DNA of 63,222 nt, counting the filler, from Octopus bimaculoides (lineage: Eukaryota), in assembly GCF_001194135.2 (NCBI RefSeq). It is 4 parts of 2 records of this genome, joined end to end, with 100 filler letters (N's around TTAATTAATTAA, not from the genome) between each part and the next. Parts side by side here need not be neighbours in the genome. Positions count along the whole stretch, not along the records: positions 20,081 to 51,461 come from NC_068981.1; positions 51,562 to 63,222 come from NC_068981.1; 2 more parts are not named here. One strand, given 5' to 3'. Under the pieces are notes generated by a model. That model was given only the letters and a program-made list of their open reading frames with translations, was not told the origin of the DNA and did no database searches. The position numbers and the translations under genes were made by a program. This document shows, piece by piece, positions 37,934 through 52,322 of the stretch (within the stretch, counting starts at the first letter, position 1; each line of letters opens with the position of its first letter).

Positions 37934-38594
37934 TGTATGCATATACATGTATATTTTTGTATATGTGAATGTATATATGAATGTGTTCGCGTATACATGT
38001 GTAACTGTATATAACCGTTTGCTTATTGATAAGAATCACGTCTTCAGCACATTTAGACTTACTCGAAATCCGCATATATTTTAATGCGCCAACGTATGTT
38101 TAAATGATATTACAATACTTTCATGCATGTTGTCTATCTGATAATAGTTGCATTAATAGATAAATAAACTTGAATAAAACGTCGAAAGAAAAATGAAACC
38201 AGACGTTCGTAGCTCATTTTTGACTTGTGTTTTCTTATTGGTTGTTCTTGTTATAATTTGAATTTTATTTTTTGCTTCATTTGTTTATTTTTGTATTAAA
38301 ATATTTTTTATGTATTTTATCTCTAACAATATGGTAAGTATGGAACCTGTGGTGAAAAATATAAGGAAAAAATATTTTAAAGAATTTTTGAAAATAAAGT
38401 AACAAAGGCACTCGTGACGTGTCTTGCAGAGATGGGGAATTCAAAAATCGATTTTACAGACATTGTCGATCACGAAAATCTCTATATTCGTGCGTACATC
38501 ACGTGATATTTCTTCTTCCAAATATCCTTTTCCTTGCGAGTACTGTGTTTTCTATATAATATATATTTGCATATCTTGTTTGTTCGTATGCGTC

Positions 38595-38645
<51 letters not shown>

Positions 38646-38664
38646 ATATGTATGNNNNNNNNNN

Positions 38665-38710
<46 letters not shown>

Positions 38711-39140
38711 GTACATACATATGCATACACACACACACACATTATACAAATATATATATATATATATATTCCTATAGACATACAGACCCATATATATATA
38801 TACATATATATATATACACATACAATATACGTTTGTGTACGTGTTTGTATTATTTATTTAGATTTATTTAGTATTTACTTAAATATTTTCTTTTTGATAT
38901 GATAGTTGTGATTCATGGTGACTTTGTTGTTAATCATATTGTAATATTTTTTCTTAATTTTTTCTTTGAAGCTTTCATTTTTCAACTCATTCCGGATTAT
39001 ATTTCCACACCCTATTATATATGTGGCTAACCATCTTCAAAAATACTGTAGATATTAAGTCGGGAATATATACATATACACATACGTAATAACACACGCA
39101 CACACACACACACACACACAGACACACACACACACACACA

Positions 39141-39180
<40 letters not shown>

Positions 39181-39323
39181 CATATGTACGTACATTTGTA
39201 CATTTGTATACATAAAGAGATAGATAGATACGCACATAAATAAATAAATATATATATATGTGTGCATATATTGCACTTGTATATATATATGTGTCCATAT
39301 ATATGTGTGTCTGTGTTTGTGTG

Positions 39324-39395
<72 letters not shown>

Positions 39396-39410
39396 GAGAG
39401 AGAGAGAGAG

Positions 39411-39441
<31 letters not shown>

Positions 39442-39794
39442 GGTAGATAGATAGTTATATATACAGATATGTACGTACATGTATGTAAACCTAGACACAT
39501 GCATAAATATATTATATATGCATACACACAGACAGACAGAATTATATACATATATGACATATATGCACATATATATGTACCTATCCGTGTATTTACTTTT
39601 AATTGACTTGATTTTTGTACCTCAGTTTCCAACATGTACGTTATGTTTTTCATATATTCGAGAAAGGTGTGTACGTTGTAGCGCTACATTTTTTTTTTAT
39701 GTTGCACATACATATCCTTCAATGTTATATAGATATTTGTTTCAAGAATCTTTGAGAAAATCCCTAATTACTAGTGTTCACGTAGATACATGCA

Positions 39795-39832
<38 letters not shown>

Positions 39833-40989
39833 NNNNNNNNNNNNNNNNNNNNNNNNNNNNNNNNNNNNNNNNNNNNNNNNNNNNNNNNNNNNNNNNNNNN
39901 NNNNNNNNNNNNNNNNNNNNNNNNNNNNNNNNNNNNNNNNNNNNNNNNNNNNNNNNNNNNNNNNNNNNNNNNNNNNNNNNNNNNNNNNNNNNNNNNNNNN
40001 NNNNNNNNNNNNNNNNNNNNNNNNNNNNNNNNNNNNNNNNNNNNNNNNNNNNNNNNNNNNNNNNNNNNNNNNNNNNNNNNNNNNNNNNNNNNNNNNNNNN
40101 NNNNNNNNNNNNNNNNNNNNNNNNNNNNNNNNNNNNNNNNNNNNNNNNNNNNNNNNNNNNNNNNNNNNNNNNNNNNNNNNNNNNNNNNNNNNNNNNNNNN
40201 NNNNNNNNNNNNNNNNNNNNNNNNNNNNNNNNNNNNNNNNNNNNNNNNNNNNNNNNNNNNNNNNNNNNNNNNNNNNNNNNNNNNNNNNNNNNNNNNNNNN
40301 NNNNNNNNNNNNNNNNNNNNNNNNNNNNNNNNNNNNNNNNNNNNNNNNNNNNNNNNNNNNNNNNNNNNNNNNNNNNNNNNNNNNNNNNNNNNNNNNNNNN
40401 NNNNNNNNNNNNNNNNNNNNNNNNNNNNNNNNNNNNNNNNNNNNNNNNNNNNNNNNNNNNNNNNNNNNNNNNNNNNNNNNNNNNNNNNNNNNNNNNNNNN
40501 NNNNNNNNNNNNNNNNNNNNNNNNNNNNNNNNNNNNNNNNNNNNNNNNNNNNNNNNNNNNNNNNNNNNNNNNNNNNNNNNNNNNNNNNNNNNNNNNNNNN
40601 NNNNNNNNNNNNNNNNNNNNNNNNNNNNNNNNNNNNNNNNNNNNNNNNNNNNNNNNNNNNNNNNNNNNNNNNNNNNNNNNNNNNNNNTATATATATATTT
40701 GACTAGTTTCTTGTGTATCCGTGTTATAGATAATTGATGCACCTTTGTCTGCATGTATATGCGTTAATGTTCGTTTTCGACCAGCATGCTTACATTCGAT
40801 AATTGAAATCCACACATGATCGCACTTTCGACTGCGTGTTTATCTTTCTGACGTTGTTCATACATGCACACACACGCACGCACACACACACACACATACA
40901 CATACATATAAACACAAACACATACATATGTGTACGTTTATATGTATCTGTGTGCGTATGTATGTTTGTATGTATGTATGTATGTATGT

Positions 40990-41050
<61 letters not shown>

Positions 41051-41110
41051 CAAATATATATAGCTACATACATAGATACTTGTATGCGTGTGTGTGTGTG
41101 TATATACACA
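37540..41110. repeat. Compound AT/GT/AGAT microsatellite field with gaps
   Basis: Dominated by (TA)n, (CA)n, (TATG)n and (AGAT)n; all ORFs here are low complexity. Confidence 0.9.
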
Positions 41111-42365
41111 TGCATATATTATGATGTGACGGAGAGAAAAATAAAAAGAGACAGACAGACAGACAAAGGATCTCGTAGTTAAAGATTCTTACATACACGC
41201 ATTGACATGCACATCTATATTAAAAGACAAGCACTTTTATGCACGTGTGTGAGTGCATTCCATCGCATATATTCGTAAAAACATATTATTTTTATTATCT
41301 CTTTCTGTTTATAAATTTGAATCACGATGTTTATATTTCTGTACTTGAAATGCATCAGAGATGAACCCGTCATTCTTTCCTTATGCCCTACACTTATTCC
41401 CTCGTCTGCATACCAACATATACCCAGATACAACACGTTCGACATAGAACAGATACATTCGTTTATACTCCACTATGTACGCACATAAAATCGTATAATA
41501 TTCCTATATATTGAAACAAATATTTATCGATGCAATAAGAAAGTGAAATGAGAAATATGAGAAGAATATTATAGAATGAAGCTCAACTTCCAGCTGTTCA
41601 CCCCTTTGGTTTCCCCCTTCATGTCCACTTTCCATATAACAACGCCACACAACCATATACATATATGCAATTCTATCATACCCTCTGCATTTCCCCCTTT
41701 CATTTAGCCTCGCACAAGCGCCCACTTTCACCTCTCTACCTCTCACACACATTCACACACAAACTAGATTGCATTCACTCAAAGAAAACCTTAAACCTAC
41801 TCGCCTAGTGACGCGTTCACCTATACTTCCGCACTTGCACACACCACTGCACACAACCGCACATATCTAAAAATTCACCTGCACCACTTTCCTTCATGTC
41901 TATATCTGATAGTTGATACACTCTTATAAGCGTACAAACACAAACCGCTTCTCCTCCCTTCTTTACTCCAACCATAGAACCGCGTTCCCACCTGGATCCT
42001 AACCATTTGCCCGTATATCTCTTTTTGTTGTTCTTCGAACATTTCGTCTTCCTCATTCCTCCAATAAATTTCTTTCTGGTGAAGAACTATCTGAAGTGTT
42101 AAGACTCGCCTTCTTCTTTCTATTAGGCGTTAATTTAATGCAATACTCATCTCCCGTGCATATTTATAGAAATATACTTTTTATTTGCCCCAAAAGTTTG
42201 ACATTTCAAAATATCAATCTTTGATACACAAACCTCATGTTAGTAATATAATTGTTATTAAACAGTCAGCAATTAATAATGTGTGTGTTTTTATTGATGG
42301 ATATCCTGCTTTTCTACTTTACTCCCACGCGAATCTCGCTTTCAATAGCACTTGATATAGCAATG

Positions 42366-42673
42366 AGGAGCACTCCGTCGGTTGCGACGACGAGGGTCCC
42401 AGCTGATACGATCACTGGAACAGCTTGCTCGTGAAATTAATGTGCAAGTGGCTGAGCACTCCACAAACACGTGTACCCTTAACGTAGTTCTCGGGGATAT
42501 TCAGCGTGGCATAGAGTGTGACAAGGCTGCCCCTTTGAAATACGGGTACTACTCATTTTTGCCAGCTGAGTGGACTGAAGCAACGTGAAATAAAGTTTCT
42601 TGCTCAAGGACACAATGCGCCGCCGGGAATTGAACGCACGACCTTACGCCCCTAACTACTAAGCCACGCACCT
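42366..42673 (-). mobile_element. CORE-type SINE (family C)
   Basis: High similarity to 54435-54756 with a deletion in the head. CORE-like CCTTGAGCAAG on the minus strand. Confidence 0.85.
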
Positions 42674-44541
42674 TCACTTGATATAACAATGTTGTTTTAA
42701 AAAGCGTAATATCAGCTCTTTGATGGAAATCGTATTGAGCATAAGACAGCATGGGTATGAAATTCAATTTTGCAGATATGAGTTTCCGGGTTGATGTGTT
42801 CTTAACCAAGTTTCTTCGACCACGACCTCAAGCCAATGCAAATCTTGTAGTTGAAATTGTGTTAGCGTCAATTATTTAGGATCCCACTTAGGTAACTGTA
42901 ACTGTACCTGTGATACGCGTGCACAATCTTCTTACACTGAGACACATTCATTTTTGAACGTTAAATTACGAATACAGCTGGCAATAGAGCAAACGAGTCA
43001 TTAAATCAGAAATCCTAAAGAGTTAATTTTGGTTATCGAACTTGTAAGACACGTGCTGAAACCGATGGGTGAGTAAATAATAAATTATGATGCCAATCAA
43101 AACATTATCAAACTGAAAAGTTATCTTGCTGAAAAACTGACTATATTTGTTATAAAAATATACTCAATTATTCAGCCATTCTTATTCATTCACTAACTTA
43201 AATATCGTACAAGCATTTCATATACGCTAGTGAAAGAATTAACATCTCTTTCGCTAAGATATAGTCCCTATAAGGTACGATTCAGTGTCATTTAAAATTT
43301 GTCTGCAGCCTGCAGCAACACAACTTCAATTATAGATTAGTGATAAGGGAGGCTTTAGAGACATGACACTTTTTCTGACGTGCAGCCCTTGTAGATGTGT
43401 TCTAATTAAACCATATTTCAAAACTCAACACACAGATTTTGAGAATGTAAAGGGTCAATTAGAATAATTTCAGAAAACTGAAGTGTTCAGTGTTTTAGTA
43501 TGGAGAAACTCTTGAGAATTCAATAACAACACGGTTGAAGTTGAAGTTTAAGAAAATATCAATGCCAGGGGAAAAGAAAACAAAATACAATTATCCAACA
43601 ATTATACAAAAGGGAATATCTTACTATTGGCTGAGGTGTTTAAAATGGCTGTAAAACATGGCTACTTCAGTAAGATACTATCAGAACATTTCGATGCAAA
43701 GGTAAGAAAAATGTATCCTCTGGAGTAAATAATATAAGCATTTCCATGATACAATAAATATCTATTTCAAGTGTTTCTGAGTCAAACAAGTTATAAAATA
43801 GCTTAGACACATCTTATAGCAATTATTAGATAATTAAGAATTCAAAGCCCCGAAGGACACGCATATAGACTGACAGATGTGTATGCGCGCGCCCCTGCGC
43901 TTGTGCGTGTGTGTGTGTGTGCATACATACGCACATATATACATAACCTATATATATATATGCATATATATATATATATATATATANNNNNNNNNNNNNN
44001 NNNNNNNNNNNNNNNNNNNNNNNNNNNNNNNNNNNNNNNNNNNNNNNNNNNNNNNNNNNNNNNNNNNNNNNNNNNNNNNNNNNNNNNNNNNNNNNNNNNN
44101 NNNNNNNNNNNNNNNNNNNNNNNNNNNNNNNNNNNNNNNNNNNNNNNNNNNNNNNNNNNNNNNNNNNNNNNNNNNNNNNNNNNNNNNNNNNNNNNNNNNN
44201 NNNNNNNNNNNNNNNNNNNNNNNNNNNNNNNNNNNNNNNNNNNNNNNNNNNNNNNNNNNNNNNNNNNNNNNNNNNNNNNNNNNNNNNNNNNNNNNNNNNN
44301 NNNNNNNNNNNNNNNNNNNNNNNNNNNNNNNNNNNNNNNNNNNNNNNNNNNNNNNNNNNNNNNNNNNNNNNNNNNNNNNNNNNNNNNNNNNNNNNNNNNN
44401 NNNNNNNNNNNNNNNNNNNNNNNNNNNNNNNNNNNNNNNNNNNNNNNNNNNNNNNNNNNNNNNNNNNNNNNNNNNNNNNNNNNNNNNNNNNNNNNNNNNN
44501 NNNNNNNNNNNNNNNNNNNNNNNNNNNNNNNNNNNNNNNNN

Positions 44542-44597
<56 letters not shown>

Positions 44598-45367
44598 GTA
44601 TATATACACATACGTTCACATATAGAGTGAAACCCGAGTTGCGAGACAAAGCCCTAATTTCAGTTTCTTCATTTCTAAATAAAAGAAAAAAACTCTGCGT
44701 GTGTGTGCGTGTGCGCATCAACGGGAGCACACAATTTCCTTACGCGGAAAATTCGCAGACTTTGTCGGGAGGCTATGTTGTAGTGGAATTTAAGACAGAA
44801 CCAGTTAATTTCAACGGCAACATCAGAAATTGCATTTGTTCTTGTATCTACACAAGCATTGCAGACCTTATGCTAAACCTTGTACATATACGAAGAAAAA
44901 CATTATACCAGTCCCTACAAAACCGGTTTGGTGAAGTGTATCTAGTTTCACGAACTATTAAATGTAGATCACTATCGGAACCAAAATCTTCGAAACCACC
45001 AGAAGCGAAAACGATGAAATCAAACGACAGAAGAAAAAAGCTTGACAAAATTAGCCTTGTCCTCCACCAACATCACCATTCAATCGATACCATGGAGTCT
45101 TCTATGCAAGAATTTGTTTACAGAGTCATTAATAGAATCACCACAAAAAAAAAAAAAAACGTTCAGCAAAGAAGAAACTAAATTCTCGGATACGAGATAA
45201 ATCCAACGGCGACTACGAAAGAGATATATGTGTATTATGGTGGCTTTGCTTTCCTGATTCTCCTATGCTTTTAGACAAATTATATTTTACTTGTGGTTTA
45301 AAGTATAAAACGCAAGAAATATCAACAGAAATCTAGTCGGCATCGGAACATCTGGCAAGCCTCTGAA

Positions 45368-45690
45368 GCAGTGGTTCTCAACCAGGGTCTATATGGTCCC
45401 TAAGGTTCCATATAAGATTTATATTGAGGAATGATAGGTTGTTTTTGATGTCATAAAGGCGAAAAGGTGATTAGCCAAAGCCTTAGTGTAATGGATCTGT
45501 AGTATGTCACTATTTAAATGGTTTAAATTATAAATCATAAATATGATCTTGTATTTATTCATGTAAAATGTTCCTCTATATGTAGAAGTTTTCTCTTGTA
45601 GGATTTTGGTAAGATGTACCACAATAACTGAGACCAAGGAACAACTAGTAAACCATTGTTGATTTTTGACGACTGTAGCAAAAAGCATTG
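45368..45690 (+). mobile_element. hAT-like MITE (left end clear, right end not resolved)
   Basis: CAGTGGTTCTCAACCAGGGTCTATATGG...CCATATAAGATTT. Confidence 0.45.
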
Positions 45691-47257
45691 TAACAAACTC
45701 TTCTACTCTTTCTATTTTAGGTGCTTTTAGAAAAAGAGTAGGAAAGGCAAGTATGTACTAATACAAGGCCACTCGGACATGATATAGTAAAAGTTCACAG
45801 GAATATACTGACAATTCATTACAATGCAGTAATTTGTAACTTTGAAACTTAGAGCAAGTAAATTCTCTATACAACTTATTCCGAATAAAAGGCAGTTTAT
45901 ATAAATACTTCAATAACCTGGTGGCTATAAGGAAGCAAATATTGCCAAAAATAGATGTACAGGAGTTTGCAAGTATCGTCAAATGTGCACAAAATGAATA
46001 AGAGAGATCCATACTGTAATAATTATTTGAAGATTAACGATACTCTTTCATCTCCTTCAATTCTTTTTATCTTTTCGTCCTCGATTTTCTATCATTTTTC
46101 TTCCATTTACTTTCTTCTCCCTTGATTCAGCATTCCTTACCCCCAGAAAGAGCTATCTAGAAAGTATTGGGAGTGTCTCAAATTATATAAGCAATCTCCT
46201 GGCACCTAAGATCGCCGAGTCGATTTTATCCCGATATGCTCCAGGATTCGCGACAAGTATTATAGTGAATGTCAAACATTGAACATTACATATTAAATTT
46301 ACTCCAAGAAGAAAAATTGCATGCGCATTCCTTTTGAAATTCAGTTTACAATTGGCTTTCAAAATTCATATAATAAATAACAGGATTTATTCTTTTTAAT
46401 ATCTTTGACGATTTGTTATATTTAATTACGTACTTCTCGTTGAAAATCAGCTGGATGTGGATAAAAATAGCTGCATAGATTCTAGAGCATTTAATGGATA
46501 TTCACTTATCCAATAACACTCTTCATTTACCCCTACCATCCAAAACGTTCGACCCATTATTTTAACCAGAATTTTTGCGATTGTATAAACGGGCGAAGTC
46601 CAATCTTTTTACATCTTTGTTAGTTCTTTTGTGTAGGATTTTATCCTCTGTTTCACTTGTGCTTTTTGTTTTGTATTTTATCTGGATACATGTTTGAATC
46701 CATGTTACACGCTATGGGTGGTTGGTGAATACTGACTGGGAACAGGAGAAAACTTATAACAAGTTCACCACATCAAACAACGCTCTGGTTTTTCGCTAAA
46801 GCATATTCATTGATTCAACGTTTAATGACAGTGACTTCAATTCAGGAACCTGCTAGTATTTGTCCTAAATTATGGACTTCAAGTGAATTTACAAAATCTG
46901 AATACAGTTGTAGTAATATTATCACTGTGTGACGGCCTTCTTCGTTTCTTCGATTGTATTGCTTTAATGCTTGATTCTGTGTTGCATATGAAATGGTTTG
47001 CAGTCAAATACTTGACGCTATACACTATTTTTGAATGTGTTTTAACTTTCTATTGAATCTCTCAAGATTAATAACAACACAGAAAACTTATTTTAAGGTC
47101 ATTGATAGAACTACAAGGTCAAAACAATATTTCCGGTGAAATTTCGTTTATATTTTTTGTGTATTCTTTGGAGTATAACAGCCTGAGGAAAGACATGGAT
47201 TATTTGGTTCTAGAAAACTGCAAGTGCTCATCAGATGAGATTTCTGTAAATGATGTC

Positions 47258-47288
<31 letters not shown>

Positions 47289-47844
47289 TGCGTGTGCGCG
47301 TATAAATTGGAGGAGTTCTCTCGCGCCGCAGATGTCATATCAAATATGACATCTGATACTTCATAAATAGCATTGAATTAGAAAGAAACATATTGAAGAT
47401 ATTTTTTCTGTGTGGATAATTCCGAAATATATATTACTTCAGATACTAAATTGGCCGGCTGGCTGCTTCGAATGTAATTAAAAATAAATATACTAAATGA
47501 GAAATAACGATAATTAAAATAATTATGAATTATTAGTGATAGACATAACCATAATAATCGTAATAATATTGCTGAATATTCCGAGGGTATCTTATCTGTT
47601 GCAGACTGGATCATAAGAAGCGGATTAGATTCGACATATGGTAAATAAAGAATTAGTTTTCATAAGATGTAAAGGTAAATTTTCTAATTGCATCTTAAGT
47701 CGTGAAGATTTTCGTCGCCTCGCATGTATTCAATTAAGACAAAAATTTAGATCCGTATGACTTCTTTTATGCTACTCTATAATTGCGTATAAATGAGAAA
47801 CTACTGAAATTAAGCCCAGTGGCCTAAGATGAAGATATTGTTTG

Positions 47845-49013
47845 TGGGTACACACATTCACACACACACACACATTGCATCGTCTAAATTCGTCTAAAAT
47901 GCAATTGATCTAAATGCAATTTGTCTAAAACAATTTGTCTAAAACGGTATTAATCCTGAAACAATTTGTCTAAAGCACAATTTGACTAAAACATAAAAAT
48001 GTTTTCTCTTTTGATGAATTCGTAGAAAGTGGAAAGGAATAGTTGTTTACTCATGCTATTGAGTATAAATAGTTGTTTGCGATAATATGGTATAAAACTA
48101 GTTGTTTGCTATAATCTGGAGTAAAACTATTTGTCTACTAAAAAATGTTTCTTATTTGGAATTATTCACAGTGAAAAGACCCATACCCAAAGATGTCTGC
48201 TGAATTTATTGACTCAGAAAAAAGTCGTAAGAAGTTGGTTGATAATGGATACGCATACTATAAGAATGGTGTAAACGGTGAACATGTTTAGTGGAAGTGC
48301 TAAAGATATCCAAGAACAAAAATGCCGTGCTAGCATATTTACTGTATAGGATGAAACTTTGAAATCTTCCAACGACCATAATGATATATTGGATGCCGCT
48401 GAAATTGCAGCAAAAGAAGCCGTTTCAAAAACACCTCAACTGGCTAAGTGAACACACGCCACACCTCATTCAGCTGTATCTAGTGTCCTCGATGATTGCG
48501 ACGATTACATCTCTTCCCACTAAATATGTGGAATATGTATTGAAGAGGTCTTGAGGATTTTCCAAAACAAATAACTCTGTCGGACTGAGTAGTATATTGT
48601 TGGAATGGAGCCAGAACCTCCAAAGAAGCGCTATCGAGATATTGCAAAACGAATAAAGTCTTGTTCAAACTTTTGATCCACAAAATATTATTGATTATTT
48701 TCGTGGTATAGCAGAGAACCTTTCCTCTTAAGATTTAAGAAGTCATTTCAGTAAATACTATCTTTCGATTTTTATGTATTTTGAATGAAAATAATCCTAA
48801 TGTTTTTATAAATAGTTAACAGCTAGCCATAAACCCAAAGAATTATAAATTAAGAATGAAAAATACGAATTTCTCAAAAAGAAACAATTTTTATTTTTTA
48901 ATCAGATTATGTTTTACACAAATTGTTTCTAGATTAATACTGTTTAATACTGTTTGCATTTAGATCAATTGATATTTTAGACGAATTGTTTTAGGCACAC
49001 TCGCTTGGACCCC
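47845..49013 (+). mobile_element. Internally deleted Mutator-like (MULE) element with FLYWCH-type transposase remnants
   Basis: Inverted subterminal arrays of AATTTGTCTAAA-like motifs at 47880-47995 and 48905-49000. From ATG 48193: MSAEFIDSEKSRKKLVDNGYAYYKN...*WKC*RY..KCRAS...NDHN (FLYWCH zinc finger, with stops). C-terminal PPKKRYRDIAKRIK...IIDYFRGIAENL* ends at 48731. No DDE core. Confidence 0.8.
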
Positions 49014-49267
49014 AAGCAAACTAAAATCTCCATGATGAAATGAAGACATATGTCATGAAAATATATACCATTGCACACTGGCATGAAGTTTGACGATCGA
49101 ATGTAAGTTCCCGATCTAGCATAGCGAAGGTTCAAGACATGGTGTTCACATAAAATAAGAACAGAATTGGGTAAAAGTTTCACATTGTCACGTACAGTGT
49201 GTGTGTGTTGTTGGGTGTGAGTGTGTGCGTGTGTATGTGTGTGTACATGCGTGTGTGTGTGTGTGTG

Positions 49268-49309
<42 letters not shown>

Positions 49310-49340
49310 TTATATATTTATATATATATATATATATATA

Positions 49341-49372
<32 letters not shown>

Positions 49373-50351
49373 TGGGGTACACGTGCATACATAAATACGT
49401 ATATGCAGATAAATTAGAGAAAGAGGGAAAGAAAGACAAAGTTAGAAACTNNNNNNNNNNNNNNNNNNNNNNNNNNNNNNNNNNNNNNNNNNNNNNNNNN
49501 NNNNNNNNNNNNNNNNNNNNNNNNNNNNNNNNNNNNNNNNNNNNNNNNNNNNNNNNNNNNNNNNNNNNNNNNNNNNNNNNNNNNNNNNNNNNNNNNNNNN
49601 NNNNNNNNNNNNNNNNNNNNNNNNNNNNNNNNNNNNNNNNNNNNNNNNNNNNNNNNNNNNNNNNNNNNNNNNNNNNNNNNNNNNNNNNNNNNNNNNNNNN
49701 NNNNNNNNNNNNNNNNNNNNNNNNNNNNNNNNNNNNNNNNNNNNNNNNNNNNNNNNNNNNNNNNNNNNNNNNNNNNNNNNNNNNNNNNNNNNNNNNNNNN
49801 NNNNNNNNNNNNNNNNNNNNNNNNNNNNNNNNNNNNNNNNNNNNNNNNNNNNNNNNNNNNNNNNNNNNNNNNNNNNNNNNNNNNNNNNNNNNNNNNNNNN
49901 NNNNNNNNNNNNNNNNNNNNNNNNNNNNNNNNNNNNNNNNNNNNNNNNNNNNNNNNNNNNNNNNNNNNNNNNNNNNNNNNNNNNNNNNNNNNNNNNNNNN
50001 NNNNNNNNNNNNNNNNNNNNNNNNNNNNNNNNNNNNNNNNNNNNNNNNNNNNNNNNNNNNNNNNNNNNNNNNNNNNNNNNNNNNNNNNNNNNNNNNNNNN
50101 NNNNNNNNNNNNNNNNNNNNNNNNNNNNNNNNNNNNNNNNNNNNNNNNNNNNNNNNNNNNNNNNNNNNNNNNNNNNNNNNNNNNNNNNNNNNNNNNNNNN
50201 NNNNNNNNNNNNNNNNNNNNNNNNNNNNNNNNNNNNNNNNNNNNNNNNNNNNNNNNNNNNNNNNNNNNNNNNNNNNNNNNNNNNNNNNNNNNNNNNNNNN
50301 NNNNNNNNNNNNNNNNNNNNNNNNNNNNNNNNNNNNNNNNNNNNNNNNNNN

Positions 50352-50390
<39 letters not shown>

Positions 50391-50586
50391 GTGGTAATGG
50401 TGATGATGATAATGATGACAATGATGATGCTGATAGTAATAATAATAATAATGTGTGCATTTGATACTAATCCTTCCTTTATAATAAATATATTAACGTT
50501 ATTATTTTACTATTATTAATACCTTTATTAGTAATATTTATCTTTCTTCTTTATTCATTGTTATTATTATTACTATTATTAATATT

Positions 50587-50649
<63 letters not shown>

Positions 50650-50875
50650 GTGTTATTATCATTATCATCATAACCATTTTACTGTCATTATCGGTATTAT
50701 ATTTTGTATGCTATATGCACAACGCTTCTTTTTGTTTTTTTACTTTTTTTTATGACTGTCGATGTGCACTAATAAATCGGCTTATCAAACAAAAAGTATA
50801 GACATGGAGCAATAACTACATAACTGATGTGTTTGTCTTTATATGTATTTGGGACAGAGAGAATAAGAAAATTAA

Positions 50876-50917
<42 letters not shown>

Positions 50918-51360
50918 AGAGAGAATGTGTGCATTATCTAGATGAATAGATTGATAAAGTGATAGGTAGTAGATAACTATTTAGAATAACGCAGAAAGGG
51001 AGATCGTATATGTGTAACCAAGTATACTAAATACTAAATGCAAAAATATACATATACATACATGTATATATACACAACACATACATTCATACATACACAC
51101 ATACGATACATACATACGTACGTACATACATGCATCTATCCATCCTTAACGAATGATGTTATGTGTAGTGTTTCATGTTATGAGTTATAAACTTCCTATG
51201 ATCTCTTAAAGTGCTAGTGATAAAAACTACCAGCATTGCCATTTATGTAGTTGCCGCAAATTATGAGTGCGTATGTGTGCACATAGGTATATATGTGTAC
51301 ACACACACACACACACACATACACACATATATATATATATAAAACACACGTACACAGACA

Positions 51361-51407
<47 letters not shown>

Positions 51408-51461
51408 GTATATATGTATATGTATATACATATATGTATATATATACATGTATATATATAT

Positions 51462-51561
51462 NNNNNNNNNNNNNNNNNNNNNNNNNNNNNNNNNNNNNNN
51501 NNNNNTTAATTAATTAANNNNNNNNNNNNNNNNNNNNNNNNNNNNNNNNNNNNNNNNNNNN
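51462..51561. other. Artificial 100-bp scaffold spacer
   Basis: 44 N + TTAATTAATTAA (51506-51517) + 44 N. Confidence 0.95.
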
Positions 51562-52060
51562 GTGGTGGTGGTGGTGGTGGTGATGGTGGTGGTGATGGTG
51601 GTGGCGGTGGTGGTAGTGGTGGTGGTGGTGGTGGTGGTGGTTTTCATCATCATCGTCGTCGTCGTCGTTATCGCCGTGCTACTGCTGCTTCTGCATTCCG
51701 CCGCCGCCGCTGCTACCGATGCCGTTGTTACTACAGAAGGTTATGTTGATAGTCTTAGTAGTGTTAATGGATTGATTCCTGCTCTTGATATTGGTGTGGA
51801 TGGTCCTAATGGTGTTGGTGGTTGTGATGGTAGTGGTAATAAGGTAGTTGCTGGTGGTGGAGATTTTGATGGAGAGGTTGCTTTCGTTGTTATTGTTGCT
51901 GATGTTTATAATGATGATGATGGAAATGATGCTGGTGGTGGTGGTGGTGGTAATGCTATTGTTATTGACAGTAATGGTAGTGGTGGTGGTGGTGGTGGTG
52001 GTGGTGGTGTTGCTGCTGCTGCTGCTGATGCTGCTGGTGTTCTCGGAATGGTGGGGTGAC
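51562..52060. repeat. Compound GGT/GCT/GAT trinucleotide repeat region
   Basis: Direct read; yields poly-V/G/A/T ORFs in several frames. Confidence 0.9.
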
Positions 52061-52092
52061 ATTGGTGTTATTAATTGTTTGTGTCTAATGGC

Positions 52093-52322
52093 GGCGAGCT
52101 GGCAGAATCGTTAGCACGCCGGGCGAAATGCTTAGCAGTATTTCATCTGCCGCTACGTTCTGAGTTCAAATTCCGCCGAGGTCGACTTTGCCTTTCATCC
52201 TTTCGAGGTCGATTAAATAAGTACCAGTTACACACTGAGGTCGATGTAATCAACTTAATCCCTTTGTCTGTCCTGATTTGACCCCTCTATGTTTAACCCC
52301 TTGTGGGCAATAAAGAAATAAG
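52093..52322 (+). mobile_element. Full-length, young-looking family A SINE (tRNA head + Meta/MESC-like core)
   Basis: GGCGAGCTGGCAGAATCG (A box), GAGTTCAAATTCC (B box), GAGGTCGACTTTGCCTTTCATCCTTTCGAGGTCGAT core, tail CAATAAAGAAATAAG. Confidence 0.9.

Noticed and set aside
39479-40815. Long ORFs of 200-430 aa in the track (also 550, 30278, 43826, 49372, 58682)
   Set aside because: Made of N runs translated as X plus microsatellite.
41560-42060. Pyrimidine-rich unique-looking block as a LINE or exon
   Set aside because: No diagnostic motif or splice signals recognised; left unassigned.
51562-52114. Gly/Val/Asp-rich 165-aa ORF
   Set aside because: Degenerate trinucleotide repeats open in several frames; no splice or domain evidence.
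52093-52175. tRNA gene candidates (A/B boxes)
   Set aside because: These are SINE heads with inserted sequence and no cloverleaf.
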